The notes under the pieces were generated by a model. The model was given only the letters and a program-made list of their open reading frames with translations. It had not been told where the DNA came from and searched no databases. This document shows, piece by piece, positions 1 to 8,737 of a stretch of 32,000 nt of DNA. A program made the position numbers and the translations under genes. The DNA is from an archaeon. Lineage in GTDB: Archaea > Asgardarchaeota > Thorarchaeia > Thorarchaeales > Thorarchaeaceae. The stretch's first letter is position 1, and each line of letters opens with the position of its first letter. The stretch lies in the NCBI GenBank assembly GCA_024275415.1, contig JAJRZD010000114.1, positions 1-32,000 of the forward strand, written 5' to 3'.

Positions 1-105
1 GGCTAAGCTTCAGAAAAGAAGATTGAAAGTTCCTAGTCGTTGGTATGGGAAAGACCCTCTTCATGTATGTTGCACAGGCTAAGCTTCAGAAAAGAAGAGA
101 TTACG
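1..105 (+). CRISPR. Trailer end of a CRISPR array: partial repeat (1-29), 39-nt spacer (30-68), degenerate terminal repeat (69-~105). Reconstructed 37-nt repeat GTTGCACAGGCTAAGCTTCAGAAAAGAAGATTGAAAG
   Basis: GGCTAAGCTTCAGAAAAGAAGA is identical at 1-22 and 77-98. Copy 1 ends in the canonical CRISPR 3' end ATTGAAAG; copy 2 begins GTTGCACA and its last 7 nt diverge, as terminal repeats typically do. Repeat and spacer lengths are typical. Only two copies are visible because the window cuts the array. Confidence 0.8.
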
Positions 106-151
106 ACCATCACAGAACGATAACGTTAAGCGTACATGGCATACATGCGAT

Positions 152-1141
152 TTGATTGAATTGCCCGAGTTTGTCCGTATTTCACTTGGAACTGCCATCA
201 AATTAGGGCTAAAGCCGGGCAGGGTAGATGAGAACTTTTCCACGGCGTTTCTGATGACCTACCATGAGGGTGGTTGTGTTGCAGACTGTGCCTTCTGTCC
301 TCAGGCAACCTCCAGCGAGTCGAACCCAGCACTGCTATCGAGGATAGGATGGCCAAAGTATGGAGTTGGAATGGTTTCTCAGGTTCTTGCGGAGAGCCCT
401 GGTTTCGACCGAGTCTGCATTCAATGTTTGAATTATTCCGGTGTCGTCAAGGATGCGCTAGCATTAGTGTCCATTGCGAAACGAGTGGAGAACGCTAAGA
501 TATCCATTAGCATCCCGCCCATCTCTCCATCTGAGATGCAGTTGTTTGTAGATGCGAAAGTGGACAATATTGGAATTGCACTTGATGCCTGCTCTCCAGA
601 TGTGTTCGACCAGATCAAGGGAAAAGGCCGTCGGAGTGGGTATTCATGGGACGGACACATAGCCTCGATACGAGCAGCCCAGGAGGTGTTTGGCAAGGGA
701 CGAGTCACGACGCATCTCGTTGTTGGGTTAGGCGAGGAAGAGTCGGAGCTCGCCAAATTCCTGATTGAGATGAAAGAAATGGGAGTCCGAGTGGCGCTGT
801 TCGCGTTCACACCAGTCAAGGGGACACAGATGGCACAGCGCGCACAGCCCGATATCGGGGTCTATCGTAGAGTGCAGATCCTGCGTGACCTTTTGCAAAG
901 GAACCTGATCACACGGGAGCAGGTAGTACTTGATGAGAGGGGACGGATTACCTTTGATCTACCTCGTGATTCGTTGAAGGGTCTACTCGGTTCGGGTAAT
1001 TCCTTCAGGGTGACAGGATGTCCTGGCTGCAACCGACCGTACTACAACGAGAAACCAAGTGGAGTGATGTATAACTATTTTAGACCCTTGACAGAGGCTG
1101 AGGTCGAACGTGCGCTTGCAGAGGCGGAAGTAGTGATATGA
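152..1141 (+). CDS. lipS2: Radical SAM protein, LipS2-type lipoyl synthase subunit (biotin synthase-like)
   Basis: CxxxCxxC motif (CVADCAFC). C-terminal GCPGCNRP matches the LipS2 signature TxGCPxC(N/D)RP except for the Thr position. Stop overlaps the start of a lipoate-protein ligase gene. TTG start. Confidence 0.75.
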   Translation: MIELPEFVRISLGTAIKLGLKPGRVDENFSTAFLMTYHEGGCVADCAFCPQATSSESNPALLSRIGWPKYGVGMVSQVLAESPGFDRVCIQCLNYSGVVKDALALVSIAKRVENAKISISIPPISPSEMQLFVDAKVDNIGIALDACSPDVFDQIKGKGRRSGYSWDGHIASIRAAQEVFGKGRVTTHLVVGLGEEESELAKFLIEMKEMGVRVALFAFTPVKGTQMAQRAQPDIGVYRRVQILRDLLQRNLITREQVVLDERGRITFDLPRDSLKGLLGSGNSFRVTGCPGCNRPYYNEKPSGVMYNYFRPLTEAEVERALAEAEVVI

Positions 1142-1908
1142 TCGAGGAATTCAGGTTTTTGGACTTGCAAACTCATGACGCATTTTACAATATGGCGACA
1201 GATGAGGCAATCATGCTTGCAATCAAGGACGGGGACTCGCCACCCACACTCAGGTTCTATAGGTGGAACCCGTCTGCTGTGTCCATAGGCACATTCCAGA
1301 GCATGAAGGAGGAAGTAGACCTCGATTTCTGTGAAGACCGTGGGATAGATGCCATCCGTCGGATAACTGGTGGTGGTGCAGTTTACCACGATTACGAGGG
1401 TGAGATCACCTACAGTATTATCCTGCCCAGAGGGCACAGACTAGCTCCTGAAGACATCCTTGAGTCATATAGGGTCTTATGTCAGGGTATTGTGAAGGGA
1501 CTCGAGTTTCTCGGCATAGATGCTGAGTTCAAGCCTATCAATGACATAATCACGGGCGGAAAGAAGATCTCAGGGAACGCCCAGACACGGAGGCATTCGT
1601 GTGTCCTTCAGCATGGCACTACGCTGTTGGATCTGGACGTAGAATTGATGTTCTCCATCCTGAAGGTGCCTCAGGAAAAGATATCGGACAAGATGATAGC
1701 TGATGTCAAACAGAGAGTTACATCGATACGAGATATTCTCGGAGCAGAAGTCAGTGTGCAAGACCTGCGAGAAGCGTTGCAATATGGGTTCACTGAAGGG
1801 CTTGGAATAGCCCTCATTCCTGGAACATTGAGTGACGAAGAAAGGACGACTGCTGAAAGGCTTGTGGTCGATAAGTACCGCACTGATGATTGGAACCTAT
1901 CGAGGTGA
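1138..1908 (+). CDS. lplA: Lipoate-protein ligase, catalytic (N-terminal, LplA) subunit
   Basis: Motifs NMATDEA, LRFYRW, RRITGGGAVYHD, KKISGNAQ and QHGT of the BPL/LplA/LipB family. ATGA overlap with the upstream gene. Confidence 0.92.
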   Translation: MIEEFRFLDLQTHDAFYNMATDEAIMLAIKDGDSPPTLRFYRWNPSAVSIGTFQSMKEEVDLDFCEDRGIDAIRRITGGGAVYHDYEGEITYSIILPRGHRLAPEDILESYRVLCQGIVKGLEFLGIDAEFKPINDIITGGKKISGNAQTRRHSCVLQHGTTLLDLDVELMFSILKVPQEKISDKMIADVKQRVTSIRDILGAEVSVQDLREALQYGFTEGLGIALIPGTLSDEERTTAERLVVDKYRTDDWNLSR

Positions 1909-1912
1909 GTGA

Positions 1913-2188
1913 ATGAGAACTGCTACTTACAAGGTTCCCGGTGGAAAACTGATCAAGGTCAAGTTATCGTTGAAAGATGACAGAATCGATGAGGTCATCA
2001 TCACTGGAGATTTCTTCTTACATCCAGAGTATTGCATTGGAGAGATCGAGTCCGCCCTCACAGGTTCCAAAATGGACTCCTCAGAATTACTTGCCCGAGT
2101 AGACAAAGCTTTGCATTCTAATGCCGCTCAACTGATTGGAGCGTCTGCCAGTGACATTGTCCATGCCATTCTAAGTGCAGTTGAATGA
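1913..2188 (+). CDS. lplB: Lipoate-protein ligase accessory (C-terminal, LplB) subunit
   Basis: KVPGGKLIKV...ITGDFFLHPE is typical of the stand-alone LplA C-terminal domain. Lies 4 nt after lplA. Confidence 0.85.
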   Translation: MRTATYKVPGGKLIKVKLSLKDDRIDEVIITGDFFLHPEYCIGEIESALTGSKMDSSELLARVDKALHSNAAQLIGASASDIVHAILSAVE

Positions 2189-2191
2189 AAC

Positions 2192-2794
2192 CTAAGCCCC
2201 ATAGCTGAAGGCAATCCGAAGCAAGTTGTTGTCATCCTTCTTGATGTTCTCAAATGAGAGAAGTGTCCCTTGGAATCTTGTGCTCCATGAATCGTTGAGC
2301 CCTGCAAAGGTTTCCACCATCATTCTGAGATTTGAGGAGTCAATGTCATGGACAGTCGGCACCTCAGCATTCTCACGTGTCAGAACAATGTCATTGCCCC
2401 CTCGCACCTTGAATAGCGTGTCCACAAGCGGTGCCACTTCATTCTGCATGTCCGGATGGACAAAATCCCGGATGAAACTTTTCGCGATATCCTTTGCAAA
2501 CACATTCAGAGCTTGCTCATCTCCTATCCACGAGCGGTCGAGCCAAAGATTGCACTCCTGTAGTATCTCATCGGCATTCAGATGGATGGTGATATCTATG
2601 AATTCTTTAAATCCGCCCGGCTTGAGGCTGATCACAGTACAGCCGTTCTCCAGCTTCTTTCTTCCTATTTCACTAACATTGAAAAAACTGAAGAAATCAG
2701 AATATTTGACATTAGTGTATGTTATCATGGATAGATCCTCTGTCTTCGCTGGAACATCCCTCCAAGGATTGAAGCAAGTTATCAAGTTTACCAA
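2192..2794 (-). CDS. Hypothetical protein (~180-200 aa)
   Basis: Long ORF with globular composition and no recognisable motif. The start may be the internal Met (MITYTNVKY). The antisense 201-aa ORF reads as a shadow. Confidence 0.6.
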   Translation of the reverse strand: MVNLITCFNPWRDVPAKTEDLSMITYTNVKYSDFFSFFNVSEIGRKKLENGCTVISLKPGGFKEFIDITIHLNADEILQECNLWLDRSWIGDEQALNVFAKDIAKSFIRDFVHPDMQNEVAPLVDTLFKVRGGNDIVLTRENAEVPTVHDIDSSNLRMMVETFAGLNDSWSTRFQGTLLSFENIKKDDNNLLRIAFSYGA

Positions 2795-2862
2795 GTTAAC
2801 CTTTGGACTGATTCCTCAACCGGCAGTGTAGGACAGCAGCCCTCAAGAAACAGCTCTGTGTA

Positions 2863-3778
2863 TCACATATCGAGTTTTACTTGTACTACTTCAGAACGCA
2901 TTTCTACAACTTTGGAGCCATTGATAGAGGCGTCCATCTTTGAGAGCAGGGGTATCCCATTGCATGCCATCTCAAAGAATTGTCGGTCAATCTCGACGCC
3001 AATTGACTCGAATCCAAAATGCTCTGCTGCGGCTATTGTTGATCCACCGCCCATAAATGGGTCGAGAACTATCCCACGACCAAGTGGAAGTACAGCTCTT
3101 ACAAAGTATCTCATCAGACTCTGAGGTTTCAATGATGGGTGGTCAGCGATTTTTCTTTCTGCTAAAGGAGTCCTGTGCGAGTTGGTGACATCAAGAAATG
3201 GTATTTGGTCAGATATTATTCGCAAACCTCCAGTACCCCATTTCCGCAAATTTTCTACAAGAGTTCCTTTAAACGGTTTTCTAAAGATTAACCAAGGCTC
3301 CCAACAACTTCTAGGTGTTGATGAAACGATGCTATACTCTTCATGCCCATTTTTTGGTCTGTCACCGCCTCGAAGTGTTCTGACAAGACGAGCGACTGTT
3401 CCTCTGAACTGAAAACCGGATTCCTTCATACCTATTACTACATGAGGAAATAGGAGAGTGTTTGATGCTATAATGACATGGGCACCTGGCACAAGCAGCT
3501 TGATGACATTTCTTCCAAATCTTGTAAAGTTGCCTTCGATGTTAGCAGTGTCTTCGTCGTTTAATATGGTAAACCTTGGTTGAGGTCGTCGTTTTGCACC
3601 ATCGAAACTGGGTGGAATGCGCCAAATGCCATCATGACCTTGTCGCATCTTAGAAATTTCCCTTTTCGGTATATTCTCTGAGTCCATAAGGAGGGTCTGT
3701 TACAATTGCGTGCATCGAATTAGGTTCTTGCGACTCAAATCATTCAAAAGCATCTGCATGGATGAGTTTGTAGGGCAT
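2863..3778 (-). pseudogene. Disrupted beta-class amino (N6A/N4C) DNA methyltransferase
   Basis: ATG at 3778 reads MPYKLIHADAFE*FESQEPNSMHAIVTDPPYGLREYTEK, with in-frame TGA at 3742-3740. An extra G in AAG-GGA-AAT (3662-3660) shifts the frame. The 274-aa ORF carries the remainder (HPSLKP, DPFMGGGST, GVEID) but lacks DPPY. Confidence 0.85.
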
Positions 3779-4015
3779 TCAACCACCGTGGTAGCTACAT
3801 TGTACCTATACTTTTGAATATCTGGTTATCATCAAATTATCGACATATGAAATGGGATGAGCCTTTCCTACCACTGAAAGACCAATCAGAACTCTCAATC
3901 TCCGCTGCAAGAATCTCTACGAATTCAAGCTTGCACAACTTACAATGAACGGTATATTATATGATCGCTGCAAGAAATCCAACCATATACTTGAAATAGA
4001 CCCCTGACCAATGTA

Positions 4016-4504
4016 TTGGAGATAGATATGTCCAACGAATACTCCGATGACAAGAAGATCCGCAAGATCAATGCGGACATTGCAAAGTTCTCACAGGAGC
4101 TTGAAAAGGCAGAGGCGGAATTAGCAGGGATTGGCGAAAAACTGGACGGCGAGATTGCCCGGTTGCGAGCCGAGGCAAAGTCTAAGGAGGAGGTCTTTGA
4201 GGACCTCAGGAAACGTGCTCGTGAAGCCGAATCGATATGGAGGTCTGCCGAGAAGAAATTCAAAAATGCCCAGAAGAACAAGCAGAAGAGCATCTCGAAA
4301 GTGAAGAAGAAGGTGGATGGACTGCGAAATGTGATGAGGAAGGCGGAAAAGGCAAAGGAGAAACGCATCAACGAGATCGAGCGGGAGAAGTTAAAGCAGG
4401 TCGAAAAGGCCAAAAAGAAAAAAGAGAAGGAAATGGAGAAGATCAAAGCTGAAGAGGTCAAGAGGGTCGAGGAAGAAAAGAAACGCGAGCTAGGAATCGA
4501 CTAA
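4016..4504 (+). CDS. Lys/Glu-rich coiled-coil protein (likely start ATG 4028)
   Basis: Almost entirely helical, heptad-like and charged sequence; no family motif. Confidence 0.75.
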   Translation: MEIDMSNEYSDDKKIRKINADIAKFSQELEKAEAELAGIGEKLDGEIARLRAEAKSKEEVFEDLRKRAREAESIWRSAEKKFKNAQKNKQKSISKVKKKVDGLRNVMRKAEKAKEKRINEIEREKLKQVEKAKKKKEKEMEKIKAEEVKRVEEEKKRELGID

Positions 4505-4524
4505 GGATTGGGACTGGTGATCCA

Positions 4525-5496
4525 ATGAATGCATACTTTGTGATCGTTCTCTTAGGAACTCTCTTGTTTTATATTGTCTGGGGATTCGGGTGGCTTCTTG
4601 AGCGGTTATCCCATGTGGCCCTCCGGGTGACGCGCAAGCCCGGGTCCAAGGCATGGTATGCCCTTGTTGGACCAGGTGTGGCATTGCACGAATCGTCACA
4701 TGCATTGGGATGTGTGTTCACGGGGACTGAGATTGTCGAATTCAAACCTGTCAATGTGTCAGTAGAAGGCGACCAGGTCGTTTTGGGATATGTCAAATAT
4801 ATCAATCCTTCAAGCGTTCTGAAATGTACCATAATCAATCTCGCACCGGTCGGCGTTTCACTCATTCTACTCACGTTCTTTGCATTAGCATCGACATACT
4901 TGATCCCAGATGCGCACCTTGGTGGCGAAGCGATACAGTTGCTCAAAGACCTCATAAATGTAAAACTGGATCCTGTTGCACTTGCGGATGCAACTGGACC
5001 CCTCACAACGATAGGTGCTTTCGTATTCAACTTCTTCTACACATTTGCTGGACTGACCGTCATTAACCCCCTCTTCTGGATCGTTGCATTTCTGGCAATG
5101 ACAATCATGTTCAGCAACGCTCCCTCAGAGGTTGATATCACAAATGCTCTCCCCGGGCTGAAATACATCATCCTCTTCGATATATTCTGGCTACTGGTGG
5201 CTTACTTCGTTCCTGTCGCCGGTTTCTTGCTTTATGGCGTCTTCGAACTCTTGACCGTGATGTTCGCCCTTGCACTAGGCTTCACAGCTATTGCATATGG
5301 GTTCTTCATCATGATAACTGCAATGGGGCGATTGAGAACACCCTATAATATCATTCCTTTCATAGGTACGATTGTCGCTGGTATCCTTCTCTCTCAGTAC
5401 AGCACCTATAGCCCTGCGATGCAAACTGTACTTTCAGTAGCAGTCTTCGTCATCATTGTCATCCCGATGCTACTACGTTTCAGCAATGACTCATGA
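4525..5496 (+). CDS. Polytopic membrane protein, putative zinc metalloprotease (M50/site-2-protease-like)
   Basis: HExxH (LHESSH) next to a hydrophobic segment, a downstream NAPSEVD motif that could supply the third Zn ligand, and about 8 hydrophobic segments. Confidence 0.65.
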   Translation: MNAYFVIVLLGTLLFYIVWGFGWLLERLSHVALRVTRKPGSKAWYALVGPGVALHESSHALGCVFTGTEIVEFKPVNVSVEGDQVVLGYVKYINPSSVLKCTIINLAPVGVSLILLTFFALASTYLIPDAHLGGEAIQLLKDLINVKLDPVALADATGPLTTIGAFVFNFFYTFAGLTVINPLFWIVAFLAMTIMFSNAPSEVDITNALPGLKYIILFDIFWLLVAYFVPVAGFLLYGVFELLTVMFALALGFTAIAYGFFIMITAMGRLRTPYNIIPFIGTIVAGILLSQYSTYSPAMQTVLSVAVFVIIVIPMLLRFSNDS

Positions 5497-5561
5497 GAGC
5501 TCTCACTATCAAGACTACCTGCAAGAAAAATCATCATATGATGACTCCTGAAGAATACAAT

Positions 5562-5600
5562 GCAAAAAGAAAAAGAGAGAAACCCCTATGATGGGGTTTC
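5562..5600 (-). terminator. Hairpin plus U-tract terminator for the surface protein gene
   Basis: GAAACCCC-TATGAT-GGGGTTTC (8-bp stem, 5579-5600). On the minus strand it is followed by TCTCTTTTTCTTTTT, about 10 nt after the stop at 5611. Confidence 0.6.
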
Positions 5601-5610
5601 CACTGAGAAA

Positions 5611-8442
5611 CTACTTGGATTTCCTTATCATTATGACGAGGACTACTAACACTATAACAGTACCAACTGCGATGACCAGTATGAGCCACTCAGGTAACGA
5701 GGGCGGTTGTGTACTAGTGTCGGTATCGGTTCCCGTGCTGGTGTCCGTATCAGTGTCTGTGCCTGTCGTACTAGATGCGGTCACGGTCAGGGTCACCACA
5801 GAGGACACCCAGTTGCCGGACGTGTCGTTCACAGCCATGGTCAGGTTGTATGTACCCGCATCGAACCCACCGACATCCACCACAATGACCGATCCGTTCC
5901 ACGTACCCTGTTCGACAGTGACGTTGTCCACGATGAACCAGTACGAGTCAGGGAGCAGGTCAGAGAAGGTCCAGTTGACCTCGAAACTTGAAAGTCCTTC
6001 CTCGTATTCTAGGTTCGCAGGTGCCTCGACCAGTGTCGGTGCAGTGGTGTCCTCTACCGTGACCACCACGGAGTCGCTGACACTGGCTCCAATCATGTCA
6101 TAGACGGTCAGGGTGTAGGTGACAGTGCCAATGTCGTCCTCGTTGAGAGCCACAGTGACCGGACTCCCGTCCCATGCGGTGTTGACAATCTCCGTACCAT
6201 CTCGTGTGACCTTGTAAGTGGAAGGCCATTTACTGACAGGTGTCCATGTGATTGATTCTCCAGAGGCCTTTACCTCAATGGTCTTGTCACTGGGGTTATC
6301 AATAGTAGGTGGTGTTATGAATATGAAGGCGATCTGGTTCATCCACAGCTCGAAGTTGTCATCATAGGTGGAGTCGTCGAGGTCTCCGCTGAACTGGTCG
6401 ATGAGGTACCCATTGTACAGGGTCTGCCCGTCGTTCCGCAGGACGATGATGCTCTCGTTGTCACGCGCTGTGGACGTAATCCCAGCCAGGGCAGTCGCAT
6501 TGGCGAACACGTTCAACACGTCTCCCTCATCACCATAGTCAAGAAACGGTGTTAAGTTGCTGGCACCATAGGCATTGGGTATGTTGAAAATACTGTGTGA
6601 TGGTTCCCAGATGTGGACTGCACTAAAATTAGGAACATCATATGAGAAGTTGAAACCCAAGAGGGGCCAGAGCCGACTGGTGGGGGACAAGTCAACTTGA
6701 TAGTTGGACATAATCAGTTTACCCCCGGCCTCGACATGCTGAGCAATCTCTTCGAGATATGCACTTGAAATAGAAACCCAGGGCGAGTCAAAGACGACCA
6801 TGTCCCATGAACGCATGTTCAAGGAGAGGTTGAAGAATTTATGCGTAGCCATCAGGTAGTAATCGATGTCTAGCTCGCTCAATGCGAGTGCGACGGGTGT
6901 CCTGTAGTAGTTCGGACTAAATGGTTCATCGACAAAAAGCAGGACATCAGCACCTCCGGACACGAGCCAGTTGGCGATGTTCACAGCGAACTGGAGGTTA
7001 TTAGTACTCCCGATACGTGCCCCGTCGAAGATATTGATGTCCGAAACGAGAACCACTCTCCCGTTCCCGTACTCCTGGGCCCCTGCAATGATATCGCCAG
7101 AATCAGTGGTCATGATGGGGTATGCAGGGCTCGGTACATTGACAACACCAGGAGAAGCAGTAGTGATTGCTACCAAGTTCTCAGAAATCGGGTGCTCTGC
7201 GAATACATTAGGTGTCCCGGCCGCGTTGTCCGTCGAGTTCCATTCCAAGGCGTAACTGTCGAGTAAGAAGTTGATATATGTTATTTCGTCCGTGAAGAAG
7301 GTATTTTCCCCAAGAACGAGCAGGCTTCCCCCAGAGTTCACCCAGTCTGTGACAGCGCTCACTTCTGCTGCTGTGAAGTTCAAACGGGGCAATTCGATGA
7401 TGAGCATGTCATACCCTTGCAGGTTCGTAGACGTCAGGTTCCCACTGGCAGAGGGCCAGAGCTTGTCGAACGTGTAGGTCCTATTCACCAGCGCGTTCCT
7501 CAACTCACTGAAACTGTTGGTTGATGCATATGAGATGTCCCACTCGTCTACCCCATAATAGGGCAGATGAGATAGGTCAAAGAGGATCCTACCCTTGGGT
7601 CGTGGGGCTAACCACTCGACAGCATCGATGATGGCATTCTCCCATGCTGCTTTCCATGGGTCGACTGGAATACCCAGTTGGACGACCTTGCCGCCCATGT
7701 CCGTGGGATCCATAGCTACTCCCTTTACCCAGTGCGCTTTGTCCCTATCGATGGCTATTTTGGTCAGGGATGATGCAATACTGGTGTTCATCAAAGCTGT
7801 CCAAGTATAGTGTGCATAATCGTTATAGACGGCATCGACGAGAGATTCGCCCAGTGCGTAGTCTTTCGTGACAGGATGCCTCTCAGAGATGTTCCCACCG
7901 CCAGTCACGACGTAGTCCCAATAGGTGGGATAACCATCGTCTACACCTGCGGACTCTCTTGGTAATATCCCCGCATAGCCAAGGTATCCTGCACCACTGT
8001 CAAAGCTCAAAATACCGCCACCTCCAAGCCAGAACTCCTTGACAAGGTCAGTGATGTTCTCTCGTGGGACATTATCAGCCAAGACAAGCACATCAAAGTC
8101 TGCTGTCTTTAGCTTGTGATCTAGGATGTCTTGGAACGTGAGGATTGTCACATCATACCCTGCTGACGTAAGGAGAGCCGTGATGATGCTGTAGTTGGTG
8201 TTCATAATACCCGTCGTATATGACGGCGTCGTAGCATTCGTTTCATTGTACACTGCAACACGAATAGTGCGTTGGATTTGTCCCATGGCAGGGGTTTCCC
8301 TGTTCTGGAATTTAACTTGTGTGTCCGACAGATTGTCAGACACTTTGGACATTGTGTTATTACTCATATCCATTGTATTGGGAATCATGAAAGTCCCTAC
8401 AAACAGGATAATCAATAGTATACAAAATATTTTTTCCTTCAT
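5611..8442 (-). CDS. Large secreted, C-terminally membrane-anchored surface protein: repeated DUF4350/GldG-like (glutamine amidotransferase-like fold) modules plus Ig-like domains
   Basis: N-terminal signal peptide (MKEKIFCILLIILFVG). Recurring modules (DVLVLAD..GGGILSF; DMLIIE..GGSLLVLG; DMVVFD..GGKLIMS). Two Ig-like units near the C-terminus (DTTAPT), a Thr/Asp linker, a TM helix and a basic tail (RKSK). Many NxS/T sequons. Confidence 0.8.
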   Translation of the reverse strand: MKEKIFCILLIILFVGTFMIPNTMDMSNNTMSKVSDNLSDTQVKFQNRETPAMGQIQRTIRVAVYNETNATTPSYTTGIMNTNYSIITALLTSAGYDVTILTFQDILDHKLKTADFDVLVLADNVPRENITDLVKEFWLGGGGILSFDSGAGYLGYAGILPRESAGVDDGYPTYWDYVVTGGGNISERHPVTKDYALGESLVDAVYNDYAHYTWTALMNTSIASSLTKIAIDRDKAHWVKGVAMDPTDMGGKVVQLGIPVDPWKAAWENAIIDAVEWLAPRPKGRILFDLSHLPYYGVDEWDISYASTNSFSELRNALVNRTYTFDKLWPSASGNLTSTNLQGYDMLIIELPRLNFTAAEVSAVTDWVNSGGSLLVLGENTFFTDEITYINFLLDSYALEWNSTDNAAGTPNVFAEHPISENLVAITTASPGVVNVPSPAYPIMTTDSGDIIAGAQEYGNGRVVLVSDINIFDGARIGSTNNLQFAVNIANWLVSGGADVLLFVDEPFSPNYYRTPVALALSELDIDYYLMATHKFFNLSLNMRSWDMVVFDSPWVSISSAYLEEIAQHVEAGGKLIMSNYQVDLSPTSRLWPLLGFNFSYDVPNFSAVHIWEPSHSIFNIPNAYGASNLTPFLDYGDEGDVLNVFANATALAGITSTARDNESIIVLRNDGQTLYNGYLIDQFSGDLDDSTYDDNFELWMNQIAFIFITPPTIDNPSDKTIEVKASGESITWTPVSKWPSTYKVTRDGTEIVNTAWDGSPVTVALNEDDIGTVTYTLTVYDMIGASVSDSVVVTVEDTTAPTLVEAPANLEYEEGLSSFEVNWTFSDLLPDSYWFIVDNVTVEQGTWNGSVIVVDVGGFDAGTYNLTMAVNDTSGNWVSSVVTLTVTASSTTGTDTDTDTSTGTDTDTSTQPPSLPEWLILVIAVGTVIVLVVLVIMIRKSK
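5710..5772 (-). repeat. Coding low-complexity repeat (TGTDTDTDTS / TGTDTDTS) in the membrane-proximal linker
   Basis: Translation SSTTGTDTDTDTSTGTDTDTSTQPP; synonymous codons vary between units. Confidence 0.7.
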
Positions 8443-8737
8443 TATGTTGCCTCATGCAAATATCTAGTTACGGATACCAACATACATGACTGATACCCAC
8501 AAGTTAAACTTAGATTATGTATATAAACTCTAGGAGAATTTCGGCTCTTTCGTTGCGGAATCAACAGGAAAACTGGTTATACGTTTCAAATTAAATCACA
8601 TTACAGATGGTCGCTATCTGCCTGTTGTTTAGTATTGACTTTTCACGCAGAACAGAGAATTTCTATATCTCTGTCAGACCTACAGACCTCGTGTGATGAG
8701 ATTTATTCATATGAAGCAATCGAGCAATGCGATGTAG

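Noticed and set aside
30-68. The spacer translates without stops as FLVVGMGKTLFMY, resembling a GxGKT helicase/ATPase motif
   Set aside because: A 13-codon open frame is common by chance and the spacing is not a canonical GxxxxGKT; it cannot be supported without a protospacer hit.
2226-2831. Long antisense ORFs (e.g. 2226-2831, 10086-10505, 10560-11150, 17328-17717, 29210-29734)
   Set aside because: These are shadow frames opposite well-supported genes, with Ser/Phe-rich composition typical of antisense translations.
3740-3742. In-frame TGA as possible selenocysteine
   Set aside because: The context (ADAFE*) fits Trp in MTase N-termini rather than a Cys site. No SECIS was recognised, and a second lesion lies nearby.
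4016-4504. Coiled-coil protein as ESCRT-III/Snf7 or PspA homolog
   Set aside because: Charge polarity is reversed (acidic N-half, basic C-half) and no Snf7 features or ESCRT neighbours are visible.
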